Positions 1-9,280 of a DNA stretch of 25,527 nucleotides are shown one piece after another (positions within the stretch are counted from its first letter, which is position 1; each line of letters begins with the position of its first letter). The stretch spans positions 1 through 25,527 of the IMG/VR virus record IMGVR_UViG_3300048606_000008, one strand, 5' to 3'. Both the position numbers and the translations under genes were made by a program. This DNA comes from a virus. Its lineage: Duplodnaviria; Caudoviricetes. Under the pieces are notes generated by a model. That model was given only the letters and a program-made list of their open reading frames with translations. It was not told the DNA's origin and did not search any database.

Positions 1-51
1 GCGGTTTCCCTGGTCTGAGTAGTTCAAGATTCCCGATTCGTAACAGAAAGT

Positions 52-81
52 GACCCCGGCGAGTTGTCGCTCCCCGGGGTC
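52..81 (+). promoter_or_regulatory. Stem-loop in leader of HNH gene
   Basis: GACCCCGG (52-59) pairs with CCGGGGTC (74-81), with an inner GAG/CTC stem; lies just upstream of the GGAG RBS and ATG at 108. Confidence 0.45.
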
Positions 82-107
82 TTTGCCGACCTTCTGGAGA
101 GATCGAC

Positions 108-974
108 ATGGCCAACCGTACCTGCCCGACATGCTCGACCGAGTTCGCGCCGAACCGTACGCAGATCTTCTGCACGAAGCGGTGCATGAAGGCTGCCCAT
201 CGCGACAGCAAGACCCCGTGCGCCGAAGCGGCCTGCGATCGGATGGCTAGAGCTAAGGGCCTCTGTGCCACCCACTACAACCAAGCCAACCAGCCGGATC
301 GGCATCGCAAGGTGGCGGTTACCTGCGACCAATGCGGCGACGTGGTTAACAAGCACCCGAGCGCGCAGTACGCGCACCGCTTCTGCTCTCTGCTCTGCCG
401 GGATGTGTTCCGCAATGGTGGCGAACCGACGCTGAAGATGCTGCCGCCGAGCCACCCGGTCGTGCGGCTCATGGCTGGCCTTCCGGCTCACGCCACTCCG
501 CGCGCTCGCATCACAGTGGTTTCACGCACAGTGGGCTGCGACTGGTGCGGCACCGAGTTCACCACTCGACGGCAATCCCAGCGCATGTGCTCTCGCCGCT
601 GCAAAACGAAGGCGTTCAAGGTCCGCCGCAGAGGGCAGGCCAACGGTTGGGCCAGTCACTACACCTGGGCCGAGGTAATGCGCCTACATCTCGCACTCGG
701 CAAGGCTTGCGCCTACTGCGCCGAGGTGGTCGACGGACAGCCCGACCCGGATCATGTCGTGCCGTTAAGCCGAGGTGGATCGAACAGCATCACCAACATC
801 CTGTCCTGCTGTGGCCCATGCAACAGCGATAAGCGGGATCTCCTACTTGGCGAGTGGAATGCCGACCGGGCGAGGCGGAAATTGCCGCCTCGGATCATCT
901 CGGATCCTCGCTGGATTCACCTGACTTCGACTGACGCAAGGTCAGCCGACACCGATGTCGCGCAATGCGGCTGA
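108..974 (+). CDS. HNH endonuclease with multiple N-terminal Cys-rich Zn-finger modules
   Basis: C-terminal CAYC...DHVVPLSRGGSNSITNILSCCGPCNSDK HNH motif; three CxxC...CxxxC repeats and one CxxxxC...GLCATHY module. Confidence 0.9.
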   Translation: MANRTCPTCSTEFAPNRTQIFCTKRCMKAAHRDSKTPCAEAACDRMARAKGLCATHYNQANQPDRHRKVAVTCDQCGDVVNKHPSAQYAHRFCSLLCRDVFRNGGEPTLKMLPPSHPVVRLMAGLPAHATPRARITVVSRTVGCDWCGTEFTTRRQSQRMCSRRCKTKAFKVRRRGQANGWASHYTWAEVMRLHLALGKACAYCAEVVDGQPDPDHVVPLSRGGSNSITNILSCCGPCNSDKRDLLLGEWNADRARRKLPPRIISDPRWIHLTSTDARSADTDVAQCG

Positions 975-983
975 GGAGTGACG

Positions 984-1091
984 ATGGACGCTGCAGAACG
1001 AGCCCGGGATGCATTCAGGGCTGAAGCCGAGGACCTAGATCGACTCCTCGAAGAGATGCGCAAGGCCAGCGCCACCGAGGAAGACGAGTAA
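984..1091 (+). CDS. Small acidic hypothetical protein (35 aa, MDAAERARDAFRAEAEDLDRLLEEMRKASATEEDE)
   Basis: Translated by hand; GAGGAG RBS at 973-978; stop TAA overlaps terS ATG (TAATG); fills the gap exactly. Confidence 0.65.
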   Translation: MDAAERARDAFRAEAEDLDRLLEEMRKASATEEDE

Positions 1092-1561
1092 TGCCCAGCG
1101 GTGGAGCTCGTAATCGTTCTGGCCCCGGCGTCGATCCCGACTCGGCCCGCTCTGACCTCCGAGGCGTAGTCCTGACCGCCTTGCCGGCGGAAGGTTTCAC
1201 CGGGGAGGTCCCCGACTTCCCGCTCCCGAGCGAGTCTGAGCGCGAAACCTCACTCTGGGCCTGGGTCTGGACGCTGCCGCAAGCCGCGGCCTGGAGCATC
1301 CAGCCCTGGCGCTGGCACTCGGTTGCGATGTGGGTCCGCACCGCCGTGGTGTGCGAGAGCAAGAAGGCGATGGCCGCCGACAAGAACTCTCTCCACCGCT
1401 TCGCCGATCAGATCGGTCTCACTCCAGCTGGGCTTAAAGAGAACGGCTGGAAGGTCGCTGAGGACAAGCTCGCGGCGGCGCGCGCCGAGAAGGCCGAGCC
1501 TGAGAACGAGCCTGATCTGAGGGACCGGTTCATGGTCGTGCCTGATGGCACGGACGGCTGA
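1091..1561 (+). CDS. terS: Terminase small subunit
   Basis: MPSGGARNRSGP N-terminus, W..PQAAAW and DQIGLTPAGLKENGW motifs typical of actinophage TerS; directly upstream of and overlapping terL. Confidence 0.85.
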   Translation: MPSGGARNRSGPGVDPDSARSDLRGVVLTALPAEGFTGEVPDFPLPSESERETSLWAWVWTLPQAAAWSIQPWRWHSVAMWVRTAVVCESKKAMAADKNSLHRFADQIGLTPAGLKENGWKVAEDKLAAARAEKAEPENEPDLRDRFMVVPDGTDG

Positions 1562-3179
1562 CCGCTACGTCGTCGACTTCCCGACCCTCTGGATAGTCCC
1601 GGCTTGGATCCAGCGCCACTGCATCGTCGCGGACTCGTTCCTCAAGGGCAGTCCGTTCAAGATGTACGACTGGCAGTTGTGGTGCACCCTCAACCACTAC
1701 CGGGTCAAGCCTGACGCTGTCGCGTACGACGCCAACGGTTACCCGACCCGTGGTGCTGCGTTCTTCTACCGCCGCTCCCAGGTCGTGGGGCCACAGAAGA
1801 CCGGCAAGGGCCCGTGGTCGGCGACGATCGTCTGCGCCGAAGCGGTCGGACCGGTGCTGTTCGCCGGCTGGGCCGAAGAGGGCGACGTCTACGACTGCGA
1901 GGACCACGGCTGCCACTGCGGGTGGCGCTACACCTACCGACCGGGCGAGCCGAAGGGCATGCCCTGGCCGACCCCGCTGATCCAGCTGCTCGCGACGTCC
2001 GAGGACCAGGTCGACAACGTCTACCGTCACCTGAAGGCGATGGCGCGACACGACCGGCTATCGGGTCAGATGAAGGTCCGCGAGGGCTTCATCCGCGTCA
2101 ACGAGGACGGAATCGTCGAGGTCGTCACCTCGTCGGCGCAGTCCCGGCTCGGCAACCCGACGATCTTCTGCCTCCAGGACGAGTCGCAGCTATACACCGA
2201 GACGAACAAGATGCGCCGGGTCGCCGAGACCATGCGCCGCGGTGTCGCGGGTATGGGCGGCCGGTCGATGGAGACCACGAACCCATGGGATCCCTCGGAG
2301 CAGTCCGTTGCCCAGCGCACCCACGAGGGTCAGGCGAAGGACGTCTTCAAGTTCTACGAACCCCCGCCCGCGAGTCTGAGCTTCACGAACAAGGCGGAAC
2401 GCCGGCGGATCTTTGCTTTCAACTACGCCGGCTCACCTCACGCGAGCGTCGACATGATGCTCGCCGAGGCCGCCGAACTGATCGAGACCGACCCCGGTCA
2501 GGCAGAGCGGTACTACGGCAACCGCATCGTCGCCGGTATGGGCTCGTGGATGGACGGCGCCAAGTGGGACGAACGCGCGAAGAGGCGCGTCGTTCCTCGA
2601 GGGACGCAGATCGTGGTCGGCTTCGACGGCTCGGACGTGGATGACTGGACCGCTCTACGCGCGGAGACGCGCGACGGGTACCAGTTCACCCCGACCTTCG
2701 GGCCTGACGGGCTGCCGACGATCTGGAGCCCGGGTTCCTACAACGGCAGGGTGCCTCGGCTCGAGGTCCGTGCCGCGATCGACGAGATCTTCGAGTACTT
2801 CGATGTCATCCGCGCCTACATCGATCCTCCCTACTGGGAGACCGAGGCCGATGCCCTGGCCGAGACGTACGGCGACAAGCGGGTCATCCGTTGGGAGACG
2901 TACCGCCCGGTCCAGATGCATGCCGCTGCCGAGCGGATGTTGACCGACGTCGCGAAGTCGGACTCGGACTTCACTCACGACGGATGTGCGATCACCAAGA
3001 TCCACGTCCGGAACGCCCGCAAAGCACCACGCCCCAATCAGCGCTACGTCCTCGCGAAGGCTTCTCAGCAGCAGAAGATCGACTCCTGTGTGGCGTCGAT
3101 CATCTGCCACGAGGCCGCGGGGGACGTCACTGCTGCTGACGGGTGGAAGTCCGAAGAGGCCTACGTCTACGTCCGGTGA
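1545..3179 (+). CDS. terL: Terminase large subunit
   Basis: Walker A GPQKTGKG, Walker B FCLQDE, nuclease GFDGSDVDD and KID motifs; 544 aa. Confidence 0.95.
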   Translation: MARTADRYVVDFPTLWIVPAWIQRHCIVADSFLKGSPFKMYDWQLWCTLNHYRVKPDAVAYDANGYPTRGAAFFYRRSQVVGPQKTGKGPWSATIVCAEAVGPVLFAGWAEEGDVYDCEDHGCHCGWRYTYRPGEPKGMPWPTPLIQLLATSEDQVDNVYRHLKAMARHDRLSGQMKVREGFIRVNEDGIVEVVTSSAQSRLGNPTIFCLQDESQLYTETNKMRRVAETMRRGVAGMGGRSMETTNPWDPSEQSVAQRTHEGQAKDVFKFYEPPPASLSFTNKAERRRIFAFNYAGSPHASVDMMLAEAAELIETDPGQAERYYGNRIVAGMGSWMDGAKWDERAKRRVVPRGTQIVVGFDGSDVDDWTALRAETRDGYQFTPTFGPDGLPTIWSPGSYNGRVPRLEVRAAIDEIFEYFDVIRAYIDPPYWETEADALAETYGDKRVIRWETYRPVQMHAAAERMLTDVAKSDSDFTHDGCAITKIHVRNARKAPRPNQRYVLAKASQQQKIDSCVASIICHEAAGDVTAADGWKSEEAYVYVR

Positions 3180-3189
3180 GGAGGGTGTT

Positions 3190-4701
3190 GTGGCACTGAC
3201 CGCCGTGCAAGCCCTCAAGACCGCTGACGCCCTGTACGGCCGGCTGAAGAACCGCCGTCCGGAGATCAGCAAGTTCGAGAACTACGCCGACGGCAAGCAT
3301 CCCCTCCGGTTGGGTTCGGAAGAGTGGTCCCAGGACCACGCGACCCGATTCAAGGGCTGGTCGGACAACTGGTGCGGAGTCGTCGCCTCGGCTCCTGGTG
3401 AGCGCACCGCGCTGGACGGGTTCCGGGTCGGTGACGACGACGAGACCGAGTCCGACGAGGAGAAGGAACTCTGGCGGCAGTGGGACCTCAACGAGATGCC
3501 CTCACAGGCGTCGCAGGGATTCCTCACCTCCCGGGTAGCCCGCCGCTCCAGCGTTCTGGTGTGGGGCGACGAGGATGAGAATCCTGTCGTCACGTGGGAG
3601 CACCCGTCCCAGGTGATCGTCGACTACGACCCGTCTACCCGGCAGTCCCGCTACGCCCTGAAGGCGTGGCTGGACGACGACCGGGAGTTGGCGACTCTCT
3701 ACACCGCTGACGAGGTGTGGAAGTTCGAGCGCTCCCGTATCGCTTCGCAGGTCGTGAACGGTGTGTCGGCAAGCGGTCTCCTGATCGTCTCCACCACGAA
3801 CGACCTGGCCCCGGGTGGGTGGAAGCAGCGGCAGTTCACCGGCGACGACACGTGGCCGATCACGAACCCGCTGGGGATCCTCCCGGTTCAGGAAGTGTTG
3901 AACCGGCCGCAACTCGGGGGGAAGCCCGTCAGTGACATCGAGGGCACGGTCTCGATGCAGGACGCGATCAACATGCTGTGGAAGTACCTCTTCGCAGCCG
4001 CTGACTACGCGAGCATGCCCGCCCGTGTAGTGATGGGCCTCGAGCCACCGAAGATGCCGATCCTCGACGAGAACGGCGTGAAGATCGGCGACAAGCCGGT
4101 CGACATCGAGTCCCTACAGAAGGGCCGCATGCTTTGGCTCACCGGCCAAGGTGGCTCGATCGGCCAGTGGGACGCCGCGAAACTCGACGTCTTCACCGCG
4201 GTCATCAATGTTGCGGTGAAGCACCTTGCGGCGCAGACGAAGACCCCCATCCATTACATCGTCGGTGAGCTCGGCAACGTCAACGGCGAGACCCTGACCG
4301 CGACCGAGACCCCGCTGGCGATGAAGGTCCGTGAGGCTCACGAGTTCCACACCCCCGCGATCCGTGGCGTGTTCCGGCGAATCGCTCTGGTGCAGGGCAA
4401 GAAGGATCTAGCGGATGCGTGCCGTACCGGACAGGTCCAGTGGCGCAACCCCGAGATCCGCTCCGAAGCGCAGATGGCCGACGCGGCGTCGAAGGACAAG
4501 GCCACCGGCTTCCCGCTGATGTGGATCGCGAAGTACCGCTTCGGCTACACGCAGAAGCAGCTCGCGGAACTCGAAGTCATGCTGGAGAAGGAACGTACTG
4601 ACCCGGTGTTGCAGGCCGCTCTGAAGTCCGTCGTGACACCTCCGGCGCCTGGCTCAACTCCGCCGGCCCAACCGGGTGTCCCCGGTGCTCAGGTCCGCTG
4701 A
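3190..4701 (+). CDS. Portal protein (SPP1 gp6-like)
   Basis: Follows terL; NWCGVV, NPLGILPV, NRPQLGG..SDI motifs; start moved to GTG 3190 behind GAGGAG RBS (ORF-track start 2986 lies inside terL). Confidence 0.92.
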   Translation: MALTAVQALKTADALYGRLKNRRPEISKFENYADGKHPLRLGSEEWSQDHATRFKGWSDNWCGVVASAPGERTALDGFRVGDDDETESDEEKELWRQWDLNEMPSQASQGFLTSRVARRSSVLVWGDEDENPVVTWEHPSQVIVDYDPSTRQSRYALKAWLDDDRELATLYTADEVWKFERSRIASQVVNGVSASGLLIVSTTNDLAPGGWKQRQFTGDDTWPITNPLGILPVQEVLNRPQLGGKPVSDIEGTVSMQDAINMLWKYLFAAADYASMPARVVMGLEPPKMPILDENGVKIGDKPVDIESLQKGRMLWLTGQGGSIGQWDAAKLDVFTAVINVAVKHLAAQTKTPIHYIVGELGNVNGETLTATETPLAMKVREAHEFHTPAIRGVFRRIALVQGKKDLADACRTGQVQWRNPEIRSEAQMADAASKDKATGFPLMWIAKYRFGYTQKQLAELEVMLEKERTDPVLQAALKSVVTPPAPGSTPPAQPGVPGAQVR

Positions 4702-5485
4702 GGCTGCATTCCTGCAGCAGCAGCGCTACGTCACGGTCGGTCTCGCCGCCGCTCGCAGGGCATGGCTCCTCGGAGACCCGAAGGGCATGCTCCCCGCACT
4801 CACGATCCTCCAGGGTCACGCGGCCCGCGACGGAGCAAACAGCGTGGATCTCATGCTCGCCGAGCAGAACATCGACGCTCCTGCCGATGGCTCGGTGAAC
4901 ACGGACTCACTCGCGGGTATCGCCTCGGACGGTCGACCGCTCGGGTCATTGCTCGAGCAGGCCGGTACGCAGCACGCGCTCGAACTGATGGCGGTCACGC
5001 AGATCGCAGACGCTGCGCGAGTAGCAGTTGGACTGTCGATCGCCACACGTCAGCAGGTCGGCTGGACTCGCATGGTCAACTCGCCCTGCTGTCCTCGCTG
5101 CGCGATCCTCGCCGGTAAGTTCTTCCGCTGGAACTCGGGCTTCCTGAGACATCCTCACTGCCTCTGCAGGCACATCCCCACCCGTGAGGATGTCGTCGGG
5201 GATGTCCGCACCGACCCGAAGGCCCTCTTTGACGGGGGGCATGTCACCGGCGTCACACAGGCCGAGCGGAAGGCCATAACGGACGGCGCCGACATAAACC
5301 GGGTCATCAACGCCCGGCGCGGTCAGTACATGGACGACGCCGGTCACAAACTCACCCGCGATTCGACCACTCGCCGAGGGACCGGAATCAGGGTCCGCCC
5401 GACACCGGAGCAGGTCTACCGCTCCGCGGGCGACGACCAGGCCGCCGCTCTCCGGTCGCTGAAGAAGTTCGGCTACATCCTGTAA
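4676..5485 (+). CDS. Minor head protein (MuF/VG15-like head morphogenesis protein)
   Basis: Between portal and scaffold; GWTRM...CCPRCAILAG...F.RHPHCLC Cys/His motif. Confidence 0.75.
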   Translation: MSPVLRSAEAAFLQQQRYVTVGLAAARRAWLLGDPKGMLPALTILQGHAARDGANSVDLMLAEQNIDAPADGSVNTDSLAGIASDGRPLGSLLEQAGTQHALELMAVTQIADAARVAVGLSIATRQQVGWTRMVNSPCCPRCAILAGKFFRWNSGFLRHPHCLCRHIPTREDVVGDVRTDPKALFDGGHVTGVTQAERKAITDGADINRVINARRGQYMDDAGHKLTRDSTTRRGTGIRVRPTPEQVYRSAGDDQAAALRSLKKFGYIL

Positions 5486-5490
5486 AGCTT

Positions 5491-5530
5491 CCCGACGCGC
5501 AAGGCGTTGGGTTCGACCTCCGCAAGGGAG
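5491..5530 (+). promoter_or_regulatory. Tandem GCAAG-loop hairpins in scaffold leader, second one occluding the SD
   Basis: CCCGACGC-GCAAG-GCGTTGGG (5491-5511) and CTCC-GCAAG-GGAG (5518-5530). Confidence 0.5.
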
Positions 5531-5539
5531 ATCACCCGC

Positions 5540-6190
5540 ATGACCACACCACCCGTAGCTCCGCCTGTCCCGGCCCCTCCTGCAGGTGGGCCGCCGGCAG
5601 TACCCGCACCCCCGGCCGTTCCCCCGGCTCCCGTGGTCGAAGCCGATCCGCCCGGCGCCGAGCACCTTGGCGATCCCGGCAAGAAGGCTCTCGACGCCAT
5701 GAAGGCCGAACGGAACGCCGCACGCGAGGCAGCGCAGACAGCGCAGGCTGAACTGGCCGCCGAGCGAGCGAAGGCCGCAGGCAAGGAAGCGGAGCACGCC
5801 GCGCAAGTAGCGGCGCAGAAGGTCCAGGACGACGCCTTGGGTCTCGCGAACACGCGGATCCTCAAGGCTGAGGTCCGGGTCGCTGCGGCGACGAAGCTGT
5901 CAGATCCGGCAGATGCACTGCTGTACCTGGATCTGACGAAGTTCGAGGTCGGAGAGAACGGTGAGGTCGACGGCAAGGCTGTCGCTGCCGCCATCGACGA
6001 CCTCATCAAGACCAAGCCCTACCTGGCTGCGCAAGGCAAGAGGTTCCAGGGCAACGGCGACGGCGGACCTCGCAACGAGGTCTCCACTGACATCGCCGAC
6101 AAGATCGTAGCGGCTCGCAAGGCCGGCAATCACGCCCTAGCCATCGCCCTCGAACAGAGGCGCGCAGCAGATCTTGCTGCATCCAAGTAA
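5540..6190 (+). CDS. Capsid scaffolding protein
   Basis: Pro-rich N-terminus, LGDPGKKALDAMKAERNAAR motif, coiled coil, KPYLAA; upstream of capsid; ATG 5540 after GGAG. Confidence 0.88.
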   Translation: MTTPPVAPPVPAPPAGGPPAVPAPPAVPPAPVVEADPPGAEHLGDPGKKALDAMKAERNAAREAAQTAQAELAAERAKAAGKEAEHAAQVAAQKVQDDALGLANTRILKAEVRVAAATKLSDPADALLYLDLTKFEVGENGEVDGKAVAAAIDDLIKTKPYLAAQGKRFQGNGDGGPRNEVSTDIADKIVAARKAGNHALAIALEQRRAADLAASK

Positions 6191-6201
6191 GGAGCTAGAC
6201 C

Positions 6202-7419
6202 ATGTCCGGAATCACCGGCCTCGGTACCACCTTCAACCTGCCGAACTACCACGGCGAACTGTTCGGACTGACCCCTGATGACACCCCGCTCCTGTCTGCG
6301 GCTGGTGGCGTCGGTGGCGGCGGGCAGGTCGACTCGACCTCGTTCGAGTGGCAGACCTACGACCTCCGCGATGCCGCTTCCCGGCCCCGCCTGGAGGGTG
6401 CTGCCGCGCCGACCGCGGAAGAGCGCGTGCGGGCGAACGTGGTCAACGTGTGCCAGATCTTCCACGAGGCCGTCTCGACCTCGTACACGAAGTCGGCTGC
6501 GACCGGGCAGTACGCCACCGTGCAGTCGGCCCCGTTCAATCAGAACGCCGGCGAAGACGTCGTGATCAACGAGCACACGTGGCAGATCATGAACGCGCTC
6601 AAGCAGATCGCGCGGGACGTGAACTACGTCTTCTGGAACGGCACGAAGGTGGTCCCGACCACCAACGCGACCGCCCGCGCCACCCAGGGTCTTCTCGGCG
6701 CGATGACCTCGAACGCGCAGGTCGCCGACGCCACGAACCCACTGACCGTAGGTGCTTCCGCTGCGACGGACACGATCACCGCGACGCACAACCTCGTGGC
6801 CGATGACAAGGTCGTCTTCACCGACGTCGGCGCCTCCACCACGATCGTGCCGGGCCGCGCCTACTGGGTGAAGTCGGTCTCCACCACGGTCTCGTTCAAG
6901 ATCGCCGCAACCAAGGGCGGAACCGCGATCACCGTGGGCACCGCCACTGTGTCGTACTACGGCCTGAAGGCCGCCACCCTGATCACCCCCGACATGCTCG
7001 GTGGACTGCTGCAGTCGGTCTTCGACAACGGTGGCATCTCCGAGCAGGGCACCGCCACCCTGTTCACCTCTTCGGGCGTGAAGCGGGCACTGTCGAAGGC
7101 CTACGCCACCGCGTACTCCTCGACCGCTGGCCTGCTGGCCGGCACCCGCAACGTCGGCGGTGTCTCGATGGACACCCTCGTCACCGACTTCGGCACGCTG
7201 AACATCAAGATCGACCGCCAACTCCCCGCCGACGCGCTCGCTGTGGTGTCGCTGGAGCAGGTCGACCCGGTGTTCCTGTCAATCCCCGGCAAGGGCGTCC
7301 TGTTCGAAGAGGCGCTCGCGAAGACCGGCGCCTCGGACAACACCCAGATCTACGGCGAGATCGGCCTGAAGTACGGCAACCAGGCGTCGCACGGCGTCAT
7401 CCGCGGCCTGTTCTCCTGA
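6202..7419 (+). CDS. Major capsid protein (SU10/DUF5309-like) with an internal inserted domain
   Basis: TTFNLPNYHGELF, FEWQTYDL, NVCQIF, TDFGTL, LAKTGASD..QIYGEIGLKYG motifs; AAGGAG RBS; follows scaffold. Confidence 0.9.
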   Translation: MSGITGLGTTFNLPNYHGELFGLTPDDTPLLSAAGGVGGGGQVDSTSFEWQTYDLRDAASRPRLEGAAAPTAEERVRANVVNVCQIFHEAVSTSYTKSAATGQYATVQSAPFNQNAGEDVVINEHTWQIMNALKQIARDVNYVFWNGTKVVPTTNATARATQGLLGAMTSNAQVADATNPLTVGASAATDTITATHNLVADDKVVFTDVGASTTIVPGRAYWVKSVSTTVSFKIAATKGGTAITVGTATVSYYGLKAATLITPDMLGGLLQSVFDNGGISEQGTATLFTSSGVKRALSKAYATAYSSTAGLLAGTRNVGGVSMDTLVTDFGTLNIKIDRQLPADALAVVSLEQVDPVFLSIPGKGVLFEEALAKTGASDNTQIYGEIGLKYGNQASHGVIRGLFS

Positions 7420-7446
7420 TCAACCCAACACCGAGAGGCGGTCGTC

Positions 7447-8079
7447 ATGGCTCTAGCTCCGCTCGCTACGACGACCGACCTCGAAGTGAAGTGCGTCGAC
7501 ACCTCCGCTAACCCAGAGCTCGTCACGATGATGCTCAATGCAGCCTCCACGGTGATCCGTGAGGCCGCAGGCAGCACCATCTCCGAGGAGACCTCAACGG
7601 TCAAGCTACTGGCCCCACAGGGCCGCTGGCTGACTCTCCCCGGCCCCGTCACGGCTGTCACCACAGTCCTGATGGACGGGGTGGCGTTCACCGACTGGAA
7701 GTTCGTCGGCGGGATGCTCTGGCATCCCTGGGGCTGGAACTTCGGGACCTTCACCTACCAGCGTCCTTTGCGTTTCGACCTCTGCGTCCCCGTAGAGGTC
7801 AGCGTCACCTACACCCATGGATACGTCGAGGTCCCCGCGGACATCGTCAGCCTCTGCGCCGATCTCGCGAAGATCGGCATCGAGGCGGCGTCGGACGACT
7901 CGCTTCTGTCCCAGCCGGCCAACGTGGTGTCGTCATCGTTCACGATCGACGACCACACCGAACGGGTGCAGTTCTCCGAGTTGCACATGCAGACCCTGCT
8001 CGAGCTACCCGCGGCCACGAAGGCGTGGCTGGCTCAGCGGTTCGGCGGTGGCGTGTACGTCACTAGCGAGCTGCAGTGA
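7447..8079 (+). CDS. Head-to-tail adaptor
   Basis: LATTTDL N-terminus, VTYTHGY.EVPADIVSL motif; follows capsid. Confidence 0.8.
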   Translation: MALAPLATTTDLEVKCVDTSANPELVTMMLNAASTVIREAAGSTISEETSTVKLLAPQGRWLTLPGPVTAVTTVLMDGVAFTDWKFVGGMLWHPWGWNFGTFTYQRPLRFDLCVPVEVSVTYTHGYVEVPADIVSLCADLAKIGIEAASDDSLLSQPANVVSSSFTIDDHTERVQFSELHMQTLLELPAATKAWLAQRFGGGVYVTSELQ

Positions 8080-8477
8080 GCGCCGCAGGGAGTCTCCTGC
8101 GCGGGCGCAAGCGAGCTGAAGCGGACATGATCGACGCCGCGGAACTCAGGGGCCCGGATGTGAAGGGTCCGCTGAACACGACCACCCGGAAATACCCGGT
8201 CACTCCAGGCGCTCTGAAGTACTCAGGGATAGCGAAGGTCCAGACGACCGACACGATCGGCAACGCCAATGACGCCGCCGAGCGGGTAGTGATGCGGACC
8301 CGATTCGAACTTCACCTCCCCATGTCGGCCCCGGCTGCCGCCGTTGACGACGTCATCACCATCACGTCCTCCGGACTCGACCCGCAGTTGGTGGGTCGAA
8401 GGTTCCGCGTCGTGTCCCTGGTCCACAAGTCATTCATGACGGCCCGCCGGCTAGCAGTCGAGGAGGTCCAGTCATGA
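8076..8477 (+). CDS. Head-to-tail stopper/closure protein (DUF6093-like)
   Basis: YSGIAKVQ, ELHLP, DPQLVGRRFRV, TARR motifs; GTGA overlap; synteny. Confidence 0.75.
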   Translation: MSAAGSLLRGRKRAEADMIDAAELRGPDVKGPLNTTTRKYPVTPGALKYSGIAKVQTTDTIGNANDAAERVVMRTRFELHLPMSAPAAAVDDVITITSSGLDPQLVGRRFRVVSLVHKSFMTARRLAVEEVQS

Positions 8478-8854
8478 CGTTCGACACCTCTGAAGTGCTG
8501 GCCCTTGGCGCAGACCTCGGCCGGATCGCGGGCAAGTCCGTGCCACCCCTGCTGGCCGCGGTCGAGAAGTCCGCTGCCGCTGTCGAGAGAGCGATGCGCT
8601 CCGACGCCCAAGGCCACGCTCACTCGCCGCACTTCCCCAACTCGATCACCCATGACGTGAAGGCTCACTTCGGTGGGATCGAGGCGGAGATCGGCCCGGA
8701 CAAGGGTCTGACGCAGGGTGCACTGGGCAACATCCTCTACTTCGGCACCTCGAAGAACGGCCCGGTCCTGAACATCAACGGCCCCTTGGACGCCGAGTCG
8801 CCGAAGTTCCAGAAGGCGGTAGAAGACGCCGCCGGGAAGCTCCTCGATGGCTGA
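8474..8854 (+). CDS. Neck/tail-completion protein (HK97 gp10-like)
   Basis: SITHDV..IEAEIGPDK..QGALGNILYFGTSKNGP motif; synteny. Confidence 0.7.
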   Translation: MTFDTSEVLALGADLGRIAGKSVPPLLAAVEKSAAAVERAMRSDAQGHAHSPHFPNSITHDVKAHFGGIEAEIGPDKGLTQGALGNILYFGTSKNGPVLNINGPLDAESPKFQKAVEDAAGKLLDG

Positions 8855-9236
8855 GGCGCACATCGCGGGGTTCTTCTTCCTCCTCACGGATGGCGGGATC
8901 CTGCTCGACGATGCGGAGTCCCCCAACTTCGCTGCACTCCCGCGGACAGTGGGCTACGCCGACCCTGGAGCATCTGAGCGGGAGACCCTCGCGGGATCTC
9001 CTGATGGTGTCGTCATCACGATCCAGACGACCTGTATCGGAGAGACCCGAGAGCAGGCTGGATTGGAGCTCGATCGGGTCCGCGAACTGGTCGAGGGCAA
9101 GCGCCCCTCCGTTCCGGGCTGGGTCTGCAACACGATCAAGAACCTGTTCTCCAACCTCCCTCGCCGTGACGACGACGTAGACCCTGCCGTGTTCTACGCG
9201 GTCGCCACCTGGCGCTTCACCGCTGTCCCTGCCTGA
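8847..9236 (+). CDS. Putative tail terminator
   Basis: Size and position; TCIGETREQA and RDDDVDPAVFY motifs. Confidence 0.65.
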   Translation: MAEAHIAGFFFLLTDGGILLDDAESPNFAALPRTVGYADPGASERETLAGSPDGVVITIQTTCIGETREQAGLELDRVRELVEGKRPSVPGWVCNTIKNLFSNLPRRDDDVDPAVFYAVATWRFTAVPA

Positions 9237-9243
9237 CCTGCCC

Positions 9244-9260
9244 GCCCCGCAAGGGGCTTT
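9244..9260 (+). terminator. Weak terminator-like or processing hairpin
   Basis: GCCCC-GCAA-GGGGC followed by TTT in the intergenic gap. Confidence 0.4.
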
Positions 9261-9280
9261 CGTATTCAAGGAGCCCCCCA

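Noticed and set aside
1-50. Possible cos/genome end at the window start
   Set aside because: Position upstream of terS is compatible, but no end sequence can be demonstrated without reads or upstream sequence
1880-1965. Cys/His-rich stretch in TerL as a possible intein or insertion
   Set aside because: Too short, no intein splice motifs, and TerL length is normal
2986-3189. N-terminal extension of the portal in the ORF track
   Set aside because: Overlaps the terL C-terminus; a better RBS and GTG start occur at 3190
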